Shown piece by piece: positions 19,418-28,722 of a DNA stretch of 64,000 nucleotides. The notes beneath the pieces were generated by a model. It did not search any database and was not told the origin of the DNA. It saw nothing but the letters and a program-made list of their open reading frames with translations. Each line of letters opens with the position of its first letter. Positions within the stretch are counted from its first letter, which is position 1. The DNA comes from an uncultured Gemmatimonadales bacterium (lineage in GTDB: Bacteria > Gemmatimonadota > Gemmatimonadetes > Longimicrobiales > RSA9). The stretch lies in the NCBI GenBank assembly GCA_963783305.1, contig CAWAMW010000016.1, positions 640,001 through 704,000 of the forward strand, read 5' to 3'. Both the position numbers and the translations under genes were made by a program.

Positions 19418-20556
19418 GGGTGCCCGGGGGTATTGCGCTCCTGGGCTCCACGGGATCCATCGGGCGCAGCACACTGGCGGTCGTGGAGCGGCACCCGGAA
19501 CGGTTCAAGGTGGTGGCGCTTGCGGCGCGCGGGAACCGGAGGGCGCTGGAGGCGCAGGCACGACGGCACGGCGCCTCGCTGGTGGTCCTCACGGAGGGGG
19601 ATGACGGGGTGCCGTCCGGCTGGGTACGGGGAGCGGAGGGTCTGATCGAGGCGGCGACGCACCCGGCTGTGGATATCGTGGTGAACGCGGTCGTGGGCGC
19701 CGCGGGTCTCGAGGCGACGCTGGCCGCGCTGGGTGCTGGCAAGCGACTGGCGCTGGCGAACAAGGAGTCGCTTGTGGCGGGGGGCGAGCTGGTGATGCGT
19801 GCGCTCCGCGAGGGCGGTGGCGAGCTGATCCCGGTGGACAGTGAGCACAGCGCCATCCTGCAGTGCCTGCCGGTGGGGCGGTCGGAGGGTGTCCGGCGCC
19901 TCATCCTGACTGCGTCCGGCGGCGCCTTTCGCCAGCACTCGCGGGAGGCGCTGGAGCGGGTGACTGCCCGCGATGCGCTACAGCATCCCACGTGGGATAT
20001 GGGCGCGAAGATCACGGTGGATTCGGCAACGCTGGTGAACAAGTCGCTGGAGGTGATCGAAGCGCACCACCTGTTCGGGGTCGCGTACGATCGGCTCGAG
20101 GCCGTGATCCACCCGCAGTCCATCATCCACTCGATGGTGGAGTTCGACGATGGGTCGGTCCTGTCGCAGATGGGATTCCCCACCATGGAGTTGCCGATCC
20201 TTTACGCTCTTACGCACCCGGAGCGGGTGTCGGACGGCGCCACGACGCGGTTCGACCCGGTGGCCGCCACTCCGTTGACCTTCGAGGAGATTGATCACGA
20301 GCGATTCCCGGCGTTCGGGCTGGGGGTGGAGGCCGGCCGGGTCGGGGGCACCGCGCCCGCAGTCTACAACGCGGCGAACGAGATCGCCGTGGGCGCGTTC
20401 CTGGACGAGCGGCTTCGATTCGTCGAGATTCCACGCATCATTGAGAAAACGCTTGCGGCGTGTGGCTCACACCCGCTGGACTCGTTGTCGACCGTCAGGT
20501 CGGCGGATGGCGAGGCCCGGGAGCGAGCCCGCGCTCTGATTGAGGAGCAGCAGTGA
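19411..20556 (+). CDS. dxr: 1-deoxy-D-xylulose-5-phosphate reductoisomerase
   Basis: LGSTGSIG, LALANKESLV, PVDSEHSA, HPTWDMGAKITVDSATL.NK.LE. Confidence 0.96.
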   Translation: MVRVPGGIALLGSTGSIGRSTLAVVERHPERFKVVALAARGNRRALEAQARRHGASLVVLTEGDDGVPSGWVRGAEGLIEAATHPAVDIVVNAVVGAAGLEATLAALGAGKRLALANKESLVAGGELVMRALREGGGELIPVDSEHSAILQCLPVGRSEGVRRLILTASGGAFRQHSREALERVTARDALQHPTWDMGAKITVDSATLVNKSLEVIEAHHLFGVAYDRLEAVIHPQSIIHSMVEFDDGSVLSQMGFPTMELPILYALTHPERVSDGATTRFDPVAATPLTFEEIDHERFPAFGLGVEAGRVGGTAPAVYNAANEIAVGAFLDERLRFVEIPRIIEKTLAACGSHPLDSLSTVRSADGEARERARALIEEQQ

Positions 20557-21905
20557 TCGGTCTCATCGCCACCATCGTCGTCCTGGGCGTGCTCATTTTC
20601 GTGCACGAGCTCGGCCACTTCGCCACGGCCAAATGGGCGAACATCGAAGTCCCGCGGTTCTCGATCGGCCTGGGCCCCAAGATGGTGGGGTTCACGCGGG
20701 GGGAGACGGAGTACGTCATCGGGTGGCTGCCGCTTGGTGGCTACGTACGGATGGCGGGCATGGATGACATGGAAGCGCTGGAGGGTGGCGAGCACGATGC
20801 CGAGCCCGCCCGCAGCACGGGCCGGGATTTCGAGTCGAAGTCGCTGCCGGTGCGCGCGCTGGTGCTCTCCGCCGGTGTGATCATGAACATGCTCTTCGCG
20901 TGGTTCCTGTTCGCTCTGATCCCCATCATCTGGGGGGTGCGCGAGGCGCCGGCTCCGGTGGTGGGGGACGTGGTCGAAGAGCGGATTACTACGGCAACGA
21001 GCGCTCTGCTGGATGTGCCGCTGGGTGCCCGGATCACGCGTGTGAACGGCGCGGCGGTCTCCGACTGGTCGGGCGTGGAGCAGGCGATCATCGGGGCAAC
21101 CGACAGTCTCCGGCTGGAGTTCGAGCGCGGGGCGCCCATCACCGTGCCCGTTCCGGCGGGCGACACCGCGCGGGGGATGCTCGTGGGCGCACTGGAGCCG
21201 AACGTCCGGCTCTCCGCGGTCCTGGGTGCGGTGACGGAAGGATCGGCCGCGGAGCGCGCGGGACTGCGGGCCGGTGACCGCGTGGTGGAGGTGTCGGGGA
21301 CGCCGGTGGCCGGCTGGCAGGACATGGTGCGGCTCGTGGAGACCCGTCCCGGTGATCCACTCGCGTTCGTGGTGGAGCGGAACGGTGAGCGGGTGCCCCT
21401 CACCGTGACACCGGCCGCCGAGACGGTAGCGGCCGGTGTCACGGTCGGACGGGTGGGAGTAGCCCGGACCGGTCGGTTGATCGATGGCTACGAGCGGACG
21501 CGGGTCGGTCCGGTGGAGGCGGTGGTGCGGGGCGCAGAGGAGACCTGGCGCTTTACGGGGCTGATCGTGGACTACCTGATCGGGCTGTTCACCGGCAAAG
21601 CGTCCGCGCGTGACGTGGGCGGACCGATCCTGATCTACCAGATCAGCGATCAGGTGGTCCAGATCGGGTTCGACGCCTATCTCAACTTCATGGCGCTGTT
21701 CTCGATCAACCTGGCGATCCTGAACCTGTTGCCCATCCCGATCCTCGATGGCGGACAGCTCATGTTCCTGGCGCTGGAAGGCGTGCGTGGCCGGGCGCTG
21801 AGTATCGAGCAGCGCATGCGGCTCAGCCAGGTCGGCCTGGTGCTGGTTGTGGCGATCATGGTGTGGGCGCTGGCAAACGACGTGCTGCGGTTGTTCGGGT
21901 TGTAG
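20553..21905 (+). CDS. rseP: RIP metalloprotease RseP
   Basis: HELGH, PLGGYVRM, PDZ region and NLLPIPILDGG. Confidence 0.95.
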   Translation: MIGLIATIVVLGVLIFVHELGHFATAKWANIEVPRFSIGLGPKMVGFTRGETEYVIGWLPLGGYVRMAGMDDMEALEGGEHDAEPARSTGRDFESKSLPVRALVLSAGVIMNMLFAWFLFALIPIIWGVREAPAPVVGDVVEERITTATSALLDVPLGARITRVNGAAVSDWSGVEQAIIGATDSLRLEFERGAPITVPVPAGDTARGMLVGALEPNVRLSAVLGAVTEGSAAERAGLRAGDRVVEVSGTPVAGWQDMVRLVETRPGDPLAFVVERNGERVPLTVTPAAETVAAGVTVGRVGVARTGRLIDGYERTRVGPVEAVVRGAEETWRFTGLIVDYLIGLFTGKASARDVGGPILIYQISDQVVQIGFDAYLNFMALFSINLAILNLLPIPILDGGQLMFLALEGVRGRALSIEQRMRLSQVGLVLVVAIMVWALANDVLRLFGL

Positions 21906-21982
21906 GCGTCGCGGAGGGGCGGAGGCACGGCTCGCGGTTCACACAGAGGCAGGCTCACAGCGGCGTTGGTGGAGCGCTCCGG

Positions 21983-22804
21983 CTAAAAGAGGCTGAGCTG
22001 GGCGGGTCCGGCGAGCTGCCGTAGCCTCTCGATCTCGATGGGCTCGCCCGGATCGTCCTGCGTGGCGACCTCCAAGTGTCCCCGAAAGCCTTTCCGTTCC
22101 AGTCGCTCGCCCACGGTCGCGTGGGCCATGGCGGGCTCGTTGCACGAATCGCTCAGGTGCGCGAGGATGACGCCGGCCAGGCCGTCGTGGAAGAGTTCGG
22201 CGGCCAACTCGGCGGCGGCGCCGTTCGAGAGGTGACCGCGGCTGGAGGCGATCCGCTGCTTCACCGACCAGGGATAGGGTCCTTCCCAGAGGCGGGTGTG
22301 ATCGTGATTGGCTTCGAGGACCAGCAGGTGGCTGGAGGCCAGGGCGGCCCGTACGCTCGTGGTGGGTCGGCCCAGGTCGGTGGCCACGCCGAGCTTCGAG
22401 CCGGTGGCCGTGTCGGTCACGGTCACGGCCACCGGGTCGGCGGCGTCGTGCACGGTGAGGAACGGCTGAATGCGGAGTGTCCCCACGGTGAAGGGGAGCG
22501 AGGACTCGTACTCCAGCACCTGTTCCTCCCCGGCGAGCAGCTTGCGGCACGCGCGCCGAGTGGCGGCGGTAACGTGGAGGGGCGTTCCGTGGCGACGCGC
22601 GAACACACCCATCCCCTGGGTATGATCGCCGTGGTCGTGGGTAATGACGATGCCCGTGATCGAATCGGGGTCCACGCCCACCGCATCCATGCGCCGGGCC
22701 AGGTCGCGTCCGCTGAACCCCGCGTCCACGAGGAGGCGAGTGTCTCCGCTCTCCACCAGGATCGAGTTGCCGCGGCTGCCGCTGCCCAGGATGGTGACCT
22801 TCAT
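21983..22804 (-). CDS. MBL-fold metallo-hydrolase (YycJ/WalJ-like)
   Basis: LGSGSRGN, ITHDHGDH, HDAADP, LEANHD, GHLSN and LAHLS..N. Confidence 0.88.
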   Translation of the reverse strand: MKVTILGSGSRGNSILVESGDTRLLVDAGFSGRDLARRMDAVGVDPDSITGIVITHDHGDHTQGMGVFARRHGTPLHVTAATRRACRKLLAGEEQVLEYESSLPFTVGTLRIQPFLTVHDAADPVAVTVTDTATGSKLGVATDLGRPTTSVRAALASSHLLVLEANHDHTRLWEGPYPWSVKQRIASSRGHLSNGAAAELAAELFHDGLAGVILAHLSDSCNEPAMAHATVGERLERKGFRGHLEVATQDDPGEPIEIERLRQLAGPAQLSLF

Positions 22805-22835
22805 ACCTGCAAGGTCTCCTCGGGAGGGCCGGCCG

Positions 22836-24038
22836 TCAACCGTCCTCGGCGCCGGCGGTCCGTGCGTCAAAGGCGGCCTGGAGCAGGTCGCGCTGGGAGT
22901 CCGTCAGGACCACGTCCCGGCGGCCGAGCACGATGGCGGCGGTCTCCAGGAAGCGGTCGATATCGTAGACCGAATCCGGCGCGCCCCAACTGAAGGGCGG
23001 CACGTACTTGGGCGGCATCCCACCGAAGATGTTGGAGCCGGCCTCCACCACCGTGCCGGTGTTGAGCAGAGTCCCGATGGCGGTCTTCACATGGTCGCCG
23101 AGGAAGCATCCGATCTTGCGAGAGCCCGTGTCCGCCTCGCCTGCTGGCGTCCACAGCCGCACATCGCCGTAGTTGTTCTTCAGATCGCTGTTCGTGGTGA
23201 GGGCTCCCAGGTTCACCCACATCCCCAGGTAGGCGTGGCCGAGGAACCCGTCATGGGCCTTGTTGCTGTAGCCCAGGATCACACTCTCCTCCACCTCCCC
23301 GTGCACTTTGCAGACGGGGCCGATGGAGATGGCATCGAAGGGGCCGCCGAGCAGGATGGTGTCGTGCCCCACGTAGGCGGGGCCGACCAGACGGGTGAAC
23401 GGCTCGACGACGACGCCATCGTCCAGGCGGATGGGGCCGTGGCGCGTGTCGAGCACCACGCCGGGGGCAATCTGCACGTCACCGCCGACCGAGACGGTCC
23501 CGGAACCCAGATGGTGGACGTCGTGCGGAATGGCCGCGTGCGAGGCGCCCACCAGATCCTGCCGGACCCGCTCCGCGTTCCCGGCCACCAGGTCCCAGAC
23601 GTGCTCGAGGAGCGTGCCATCCAGCGGGTGGGCCGGCAGGTCGGGGGCGTGGTCGTCCGGGTCGAGGAAGAAGGACGGTTCGGGCGCCGGGTCGCCTGGC
23701 CCGAGGGCGCAGCCCACGACACGGCCGCCGCTCACGAGTATCGCGGGGCGGTCGGGGAGGGAGCCGGGCTCGGGCACGAAACGGGAGAGCAGGAACACAC
23801 AGCCGTCGGCGGTGTCCAGCGAGTGGTCGTCCAGGACGGGGGGGGCCCAGGGCTCGTCGAAGGAGCGGAGGCCGGACGCGGCCACATGGCCGACGCAGAG
23901 TGTATCCAGGGCGTGTTCTGCGCGCGCGCGGAGCGTGGCGGTGCCGAAGAGGAGCTCGCCGACGGGCCGGGTCAGGGAGAAAGGGCGCCAGTCGCGTGCG
24001 GCGCGGTCGTCGAAGAGGACCAGGCGGCGAGCGGTCAT
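22836..24038 (-). CDS. GlmU-like putative sugar nucleotidyltransferase/acyltransferase with hexapeptide repeats
   Basis: PFSLTRPVGEL.FG at the N-terminus, NKAHDGFLGHAYLG.WVNLGA.T.NSDLKNNY and GDHVKTAIGT.LNTG. Confidence 0.8.
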   Translation of the reverse strand: MTARRLVLFDDRAARDWRPFSLTRPVGELLFGTATLRARAEHALDTLCVGHVAASGLRSFDEPWAPPVLDDHSLDTADGCVFLLSRFVPEPGSLPDRPAILVSGGRVVGCALGPGDPAPEPSFFLDPDDHAPDLPAHPLDGTLLEHVWDLVAGNAERVRQDLVGASHAAIPHDVHHLGSGTVSVGGDVQIAPGVVLDTRHGPIRLDDGVVVEPFTRLVGPAYVGHDTILLGGPFDAISIGPVCKVHGEVEESVILGYSNKAHDGFLGHAYLGMWVNLGALTTNSDLKNNYGDVRLWTPAGEADTGSRKIGCFLGDHVKTAIGTLLNTGTVVEAGSNIFGGMPPKYVPPFSWGAPDSVYDIDRFLETAAIVLGRRDVVLTDSQRDLLQAAFDARTAGAEDG

Positions 24039-25111
24039 CGTCCTCCCTCCACGACGGAATCGGGGAGCGCGTCGAGGAGCTCCTTCAGGTCGGCCGCGCG
24101 ATCACGGGGCAGGACCAGGGTGACACCGCTCCGGCGGACTACGACGAGGTCGCTCAGACCGAAGAGGACGACGGGCTCGCCGGTCTCGTTCCAGACCACA
24201 CACCGATCGGTCTGGTGCAGGTGGCTCTCGCCCACGGTCACGTTCCCGCGGGGGTCGGAGTCCAGCGTGCGCCCGATGGCGTCCCAGGTGCCCACGTCAT
24301 CCCACTCGAACGTGGCCTCCACCACCCCCACGCGCTCGCTCCGCTCGAGGATTCCGTGGTCGACGGAGAGGGAGGGGGCGGCGTCGAAGAAGCCATCCAC
24401 ATTGTCGGCGTCGAGCAGCGGCAGGAGCTCGGCGAGCTCGGGCGTATGGCGCCGCACCTCGTCCAGGAGCCGCTGCGCGCGCCAGACGAAAATACCGCTG
24501 TTCCACAGGTACTCGCCGGTGTCGATGTACGATCGGGCGGTATCGGCGTCCGGCTTCTCCACGAAGGAGCGGACCTCCTGTGCGCCGTCATCATCGAGGG
24601 CGGCGCCGGTGCAAATGTACCCGTACCCCGTCTCCGGCCGCGTGGGCCGCACACCGATGGTGAAGAGGCGGTCGTGGGTGTCGGCGGCGCGGGCGGCCGT
24701 GGCCACCAGCTCCCGGAACGCAGCCTCCGGTCGGATGACGTGATCGGCGTGCAGCGAGACCATGATGGCGTGGGGGTCCGCGGCGGCCAGGACGTGGGCG
24801 GCCCAGACCAGGACGGGTGCGGTGCCGCGGGCCTGCGGCTCCACGAGGAAGTGGCCGGGATGGAGGCTGTCCACCGCGCGTCCGATCGGCTCCACCATGG
24901 CCTCTCCGGTGAGGATACGGATCCGTTCCAGCGGAATGAGCGGTCGGATCCGCTCCACCGTGTCGGTGATGAGCGGGCGATCACTGGCCAGCGGGAGGAT
25001 CTGCTTGGGGCGGCGGGCGGTGGACGCCGGCCAGAAGCGGGAGCCGATGCCGCCGGCGAGGATAACGGCCCAGGTGCGGTCAGCGGTCGAAGAGGTCGTC
25101 GATTCGGGCAA
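24035..25111 (-). CDS. manC: Mannose-1-phosphate guanylyltransferase
   Basis: ILAGGIGSRFWP.S....PKQ, EP..RGTAP, ADH, PETGYGYI, FVEKPD, WNSGIF and WDDVGTW. Confidence 0.9.
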   Translation of the reverse strand: MPESTTSSTADRTWAVILAGGIGSRFWPASTARRPKQILPLASDRPLITDTVERIRPLIPLERIRILTGEAMVEPIGRAVDSLHPGHFLVEPQARGTAPVLVWAAHVLAAADPHAIMVSLHADHVIRPEAAFRELVATAARAADTHDRLFTIGVRPTRPETGYGYICTGAALDDDGAQEVRSFVEKPDADTARSYIDTGEYLWNSGIFVWRAQRLLDEVRRHTPELAELLPLLDADNVDGFFDAAPSLSVDHGILERSERVGVVEATFEWDDVGTWDAIGRTLDSDPRGNVTVGESHLHQTDRCVVWNETGEPVVLFGLSDLVVVRRSGVTLVLPRDRAADLKELLDALPDSVVEGGR

Positions 25112-25472
25112 GGAGCTTCTTGGGGCTGAATGGCTTGGTCAGGAAATCCGTTGCCCCGTACTCCGCGGCACGCTCCCGGTCGGCCTCCTGCCCCTTGGCG
25201 GTCAGCATGATGACCGGGGTGGAGGTGCGGTGGGGGAGGTCCCGGACCTGTCGCAGGACATCGAGCCCATTTGCGTGGGGCATCATGATGTCCAGGAGGA
25301 CCAGGTCATACTCCTCATGGGACTCGAGGCGCTCGAGCGCCGCTCGACCATCGTGGACCAGCTCGACGCGGTACGGCCCGGACTCCAGCTTCATCTGGAT
25401 GATCCGTCCGATGTACGGCTCGTCGTCGGCGACGAGAATCGTCTTGCGGTCGGTGTGGGTGGCGGTGGTCAT
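25080..25472 (-). CDS. Single-domain response regulator (CheY-like receiver)
   Basis: ILVADDE, LLDIMMP..NGL, MLTA and KPFSP, with no output domain. Overlaps the manC 5' end. Confidence 0.9.
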   Translation of the reverse strand: MTTATHTDRKTILVADDEPYIGRIIQMKLESGPYRVELVHDGRAALERLESHEEYDLVLLDIMMPHANGLDVLRQVRDLPHRTSTPVIMLTAKGQEADRERAAEYGATDFLTKPFSPKKLLARIDDLFDR

Positions 25473-25510
25473 CGGGGCCTGAATCAGATAAGGGTCCGTG
25501 GATGGGCCGG

Positions 25511-25526
25511 TGCCAGAATCGTGCCC
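25511..25526 (-). promoter_or_regulatory. Candidate sigma-54 promoter for the receiver-manC operon
   Basis: Minus strand reads GGGCACGATTCTGGCA (GG-N10-GC, close to TGGCACG-N4-TTGC), about 40 nt upstream of the ATG. Confidence 0.4.
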
Positions 25527-25623
25527 ATGGCGTTGCGGGACCCTCGGGGCCGCGGGCGTGTACGGGAGGCGGAAACATGGATCGCGCGGGTTCCGATGTC
25601 AAGCTGAAAACCCGCCTCCCGAC

Positions 25624-25653
25624 TTGACATAGCCCGGATTTTCGGCTTACCCT
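25624..25653 (+). promoter_or_regulatory. Sigma-70-type promoter of the lipoprotein-serS run
   Basis: TTGACA(25624-25629)-18 nt-TACCCT(25648-25653). Confidence 0.55.
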
Positions 25654-25663
25654 ACCCGCTCTT

Positions 25664-26230
25664 ATGAGACCAACTTTGAAGCGTATTTCCGGGCCCCTCC
25701 TCGGGCTGCTCATCCTCGTCTCCATCCTCCCGTCCGCGGGCTGTGACAGCGTCGAGCCGACCATGTTCCCCGTGGGCGACACCGTGGTGCTCTACTCTCT
25801 CGCGCGCGCCGAGTACATCGGCTACGCGTCCGCCTTCGACTTCCGGACTCCTCAGGCGGTGGTGGTGGAGCGGCCCAAGGGCTCGGACTACTCCGATTTC
25901 GATGTGGCGTTCTCCGAGCTCGATGGCGAGTTCGTCCTGCTCCCGGCCGGTCTGTTCGAGAGCTTCGGGAGCGACCCGGGGATCGCGGTGGACGAGAGCG
26001 GTGTGGCCTTCGAAGAGCTGAGCCGTGCGCCCAGCGACGGGTACGTCGTCGATGAGGCCGTCTCCCTTCGGGAGGGGCCGGTGTACGTGATCCGGACCCG
26101 CTCCAGGAGCTCGTGCAGCCAGTACGCGAAGATGGAGGTGCTGGAGCTGGAAGCGGACGGGGTGCTGGAGTTCCGGTTCCTGCGCAACAACCTCTGCAAC
26201 GACCGGGCGCTCGAGCCGGACGGAAACTGA
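25664..26230 (+). CDS. Hypothetical lipoprotein (possibly HmuY-like beta-rich fold)
   Basis: Signal peptide with SAG-C lipobox, beta-strand-rich body (SAFDF, FDVAF, YVIRTR...YAKM). Stop is 1 nt before serS. Confidence 0.7.
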   Translation: MRPTLKRISGPLLGLLILVSILPSAGCDSVEPTMFPVGDTVVLYSLARAEYIGYASAFDFRTPQAVVVERPKGSDYSDFDVAFSELDGEFVLLPAGLFESFGSDPGIAVDESGVAFEELSRAPSDGYVVDEAVSLREGPVYVIRTRSRSSCSQYAKMEVLELEADGVLEFRFLRNNLCNDRALEPDGN

Positions 26231-26231
26231 C

Positions 26232-27512
26232 GTGCTGGACATCAGGCGGATCCGCGAGGAGCCGGACGCGGTCCGGGCGCGGCTCGCCGTCCGCGGCGGA
26301 TCGGGTCTGGATGCCGCGGTGGGCCGGGTGGCGGAGCTGGACGAGGAGCGGCGCGAGCTGGTGGGCCGGGTGGACGATCTGCGGGCCGACAGGAACGAGG
26401 CCTCCCCGCGCGTGGGCGACCTGAAGCGCGAGGGGAAGCACGAGGAGGCCGACGCCGTGATCCGCCAGATGCGGGTCCTGGGCGATGAGCTGGCGGGTCT
26501 GGAGACGCGGCTGGCGGAGGTGGACGAGTCGATCCGGCAGGCGCTGCTGGAGATCCCGAATACCCCGTCGGAGGACGTGCCGGCGGGCGGCGAGTCGGAG
26601 AACGTGGTGCTGCGGGAGTGGGGCACGACCCCCGAAGGTGACTGGGAGCGCCGCCCCCACTGGGAGGTGGGCGAGGCGCTTGGGCTGCTGGACCTGCCGC
26701 GCGGCGCGAAGATCGCCGGGAGCGGGTTCCCCGTGTACATGGGGATGGGCGCGCGGCTGGAGCGGGCGCTGATCAACTTCATGGTCGACCTGCACACCCG
26801 AGAGCACGGCTATACCGAGGTGTGGCCGCCGCTGCTGGTGAACCGGGATGCAGCGCGTGGCACTGGACATCTGCCGAAGTTCGGCGAGGACATGTATCAC
26901 GCCGGTGAGGACGACCTCTACCTGGTCCCGACCGCCGAGCTGCCGCTGACCAATCTGCACGCGGGCGAGATCTTCGCGCCCGAGGACGTGCCGCGCCGCT
27001 ACGCCGCCTACACCCCGTGCTTCCGCCGCGAGGCCGGTGCCCATGGCAAGGACACGCGCGGCCTGCTCCGTCTGCACCAGTTCGACAAGGTCGAGATGAT
27101 GCGGTTCGAGCGGCCTGAGAACAGCGAGGCAGCACTCGAGGAGCTCACCGGGCACGCCGAAGCGGTCCTCCAAGCGCTCGGCCTCCGCTACCGCGTGCTC
27201 CTGCTCGCCGGCGGTGACCTGGGCTTCGCCAACGCGAAGACGTACGACCTGGAGGCGTGGGCGCCGGCCGTCGGCCGCTGGCTCGAGGTGTCCAGCTGCT
27301 CCACCTACACCGACTACCAGGCGCGCCGCGCGGACATCCGCTACCGTCCCGCGCCCGGCGCGAAACCCGAGTACGTCCACACACTGAACGGCTCCGGCCT
27401 CGGCCTGGCCCGCACCATGGTGGCGTTGCTCGAGACATATCAGCAGCCGGACGGCAGCGTCCGAATCCCCGAAGCCCTGGTCGAGTACGTCGGTACAGAC
27501 CGCATCGCGTGA
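26232..27512 (+). CDS. serS: Serine--tRNA ligase
   Basis: MLDIRRIR, GTGHLPKF, LVPTAE.PL, FRREAG..GKDTRGLLRLHQFDKVE, EVSSCS, HTLNGSGL. Confidence 0.97.
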   Translation: MLDIRRIREEPDAVRARLAVRGGSGLDAAVGRVAELDEERRELVGRVDDLRADRNEASPRVGDLKREGKHEEADAVIRQMRVLGDELAGLETRLAEVDESIRQALLEIPNTPSEDVPAGGESENVVLREWGTTPEGDWERRPHWEVGEALGLLDLPRGAKIAGSGFPVYMGMGARLERALINFMVDLHTREHGYTEVWPPLLVNRDAARGTGHLPKFGEDMYHAGEDDLYLVPTAELPLTNLHAGEIFAPEDVPRRYAAYTPCFRREAGAHGKDTRGLLRLHQFDKVEMMRFERPENSEAALEELTGHAEAVLQALGLRYRVLLLAGGDLGFANAKTYDLEAWAPAVGRWLEVSSCSTYTDYQARRADIRYRPAPGAKPEYVHTLNGSGLGLARTMVALLETYQQPDGSVRIPEALVEYVGTDRIA

Positions 27513-27518
27513 GGCCGC

Positions 27519-28721
27519 ATGAGCGCCCGTCAATGGCCAGTCGCCCTCGCGCTCCTGGCCATCGCCGTACTGGGCTCCTACCTGCTCTACACGGAGCAGC
27601 TCGTACGGGAGTTCCGTACCGAAGCCGAGGTCCACAAGCGGATGTACGCGCTGGTGCAGGAGGGCGTGCTCTCGGCGCAGCCGGATGCCGCCCTGCAGGC
27701 GCTCACGGACCTGCAGTCGGAGCTGACCCGGATGGGACTTCCCATCGTGGCGGTGAACTCCGACGGGGTGCCATACGCGGCGGCCAACCTACCGTTCGAC
27801 GCGGACCTGACCAGCGAGCGGGACCGGGGGCGGGTGATGGAGTACGTGGCGATGCTGGACGAGCGCACGCCGCCGATCGTGGAGGCGGAGCGCGGCTCGA
27901 TCCATTTCGGTGCTCCGCCGATCATCGGGCGTCTGCGGTGGGCGGCCACACTGCAGGTGGCGGGCGCGGTGCTGCTGCTGTTCGTGGGGTACGTAGTGGT
28001 GCGGGGCGCGTTGCGAGCGGAGCGAGAGCGGATGTGGAGCGCGATGGCGCGGGAGCTGGCGCACCAGATGGGCACGCCGCTCACGTCGCTGAAGGGATGG
28101 CACGAGGTGCTCCAGCTACCGAGTGGGGAGCGGGGGCAGATGGTATCGGACGCGCGGCTGGCGCGGGAGCTCGGGGCGGACCTGGACCGGCTGGAGCGGG
28201 TGTCGCGGCGGTTCGAGCTGATCGGGACCCCGCCGGCGCTCACGGCCGTGCGGCCGTCGGCGGTGATGGATGAGCTGGAGGAATACCTGTTGCCGCGGCT
28301 GCCGCGGTCGGGTGGGAGGCACGTGGACCTGCGAGTCCGGACGTCGCCTGACCTGCCGGATATCGAAGCGAACCGGGTCCTGCTGGTGTGGGCGCTGGAG
28401 AACTGTGTAAAGAACTCGCTGGACGCGTTGGCGGGGCGCGGTGGACGGATCCGGCTCGCGGCCTCGCCGGATGATGAGGGTGTCCGCTTCATGGTCTCCG
28501 ATGACGGCCCTGGGGTGGACCCGATGGTCCGGGACCGGCTGTTCGAGCCGGGCGTGACGACCAAGGCGGGTGGCTGGGGTGTGGGATTGTCGCTGGCGCG
28601 CCGTATCGTGGAGGAGGTGCATGGCGGCCGGATCCGGGTGGGCGAGCGGGCGGGCGGCGGGGCGCGTTTCGAGGTGTTGATCCCGGCAACGGGCGAACGG
28701 AGACGAGCAGGACAGGGCTGA
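27519..28721 (+). CDS. Membrane sensor histidine kinase
   Basis: Two TM helices, H-box ELAHQMGTPL, N-box ENCVKNSLDA, DDGPG and GWGVGLSL. Confidence 0.9.
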   Translation: MSARQWPVALALLAIAVLGSYLLYTEQLVREFRTEAEVHKRMYALVQEGVLSAQPDAALQALTDLQSELTRMGLPIVAVNSDGVPYAAANLPFDADLTSERDRGRVMEYVAMLDERTPPIVEAERGSIHFGAPPIIGRLRWAATLQVAGAVLLLFVGYVVVRGALRAERERMWSAMARELAHQMGTPLTSLKGWHEVLQLPSGERGQMVSDARLARELGADLDRLERVSRRFELIGTPPALTAVRPSAVMDELEEYLLPRLPRSGGRHVDLRVRTSPDLPDIEANRVLLVWALENCVKNSLDALAGRGGRIRLAASPDDEGVRFMVSDDGPGVDPMVRDRLFEPGVTTKAGGWGVGLSLARRIVEEVHGGRIRVGERAGGGARFEVLIPATGERRRAGQG

Positions 28722-28722
28722 G

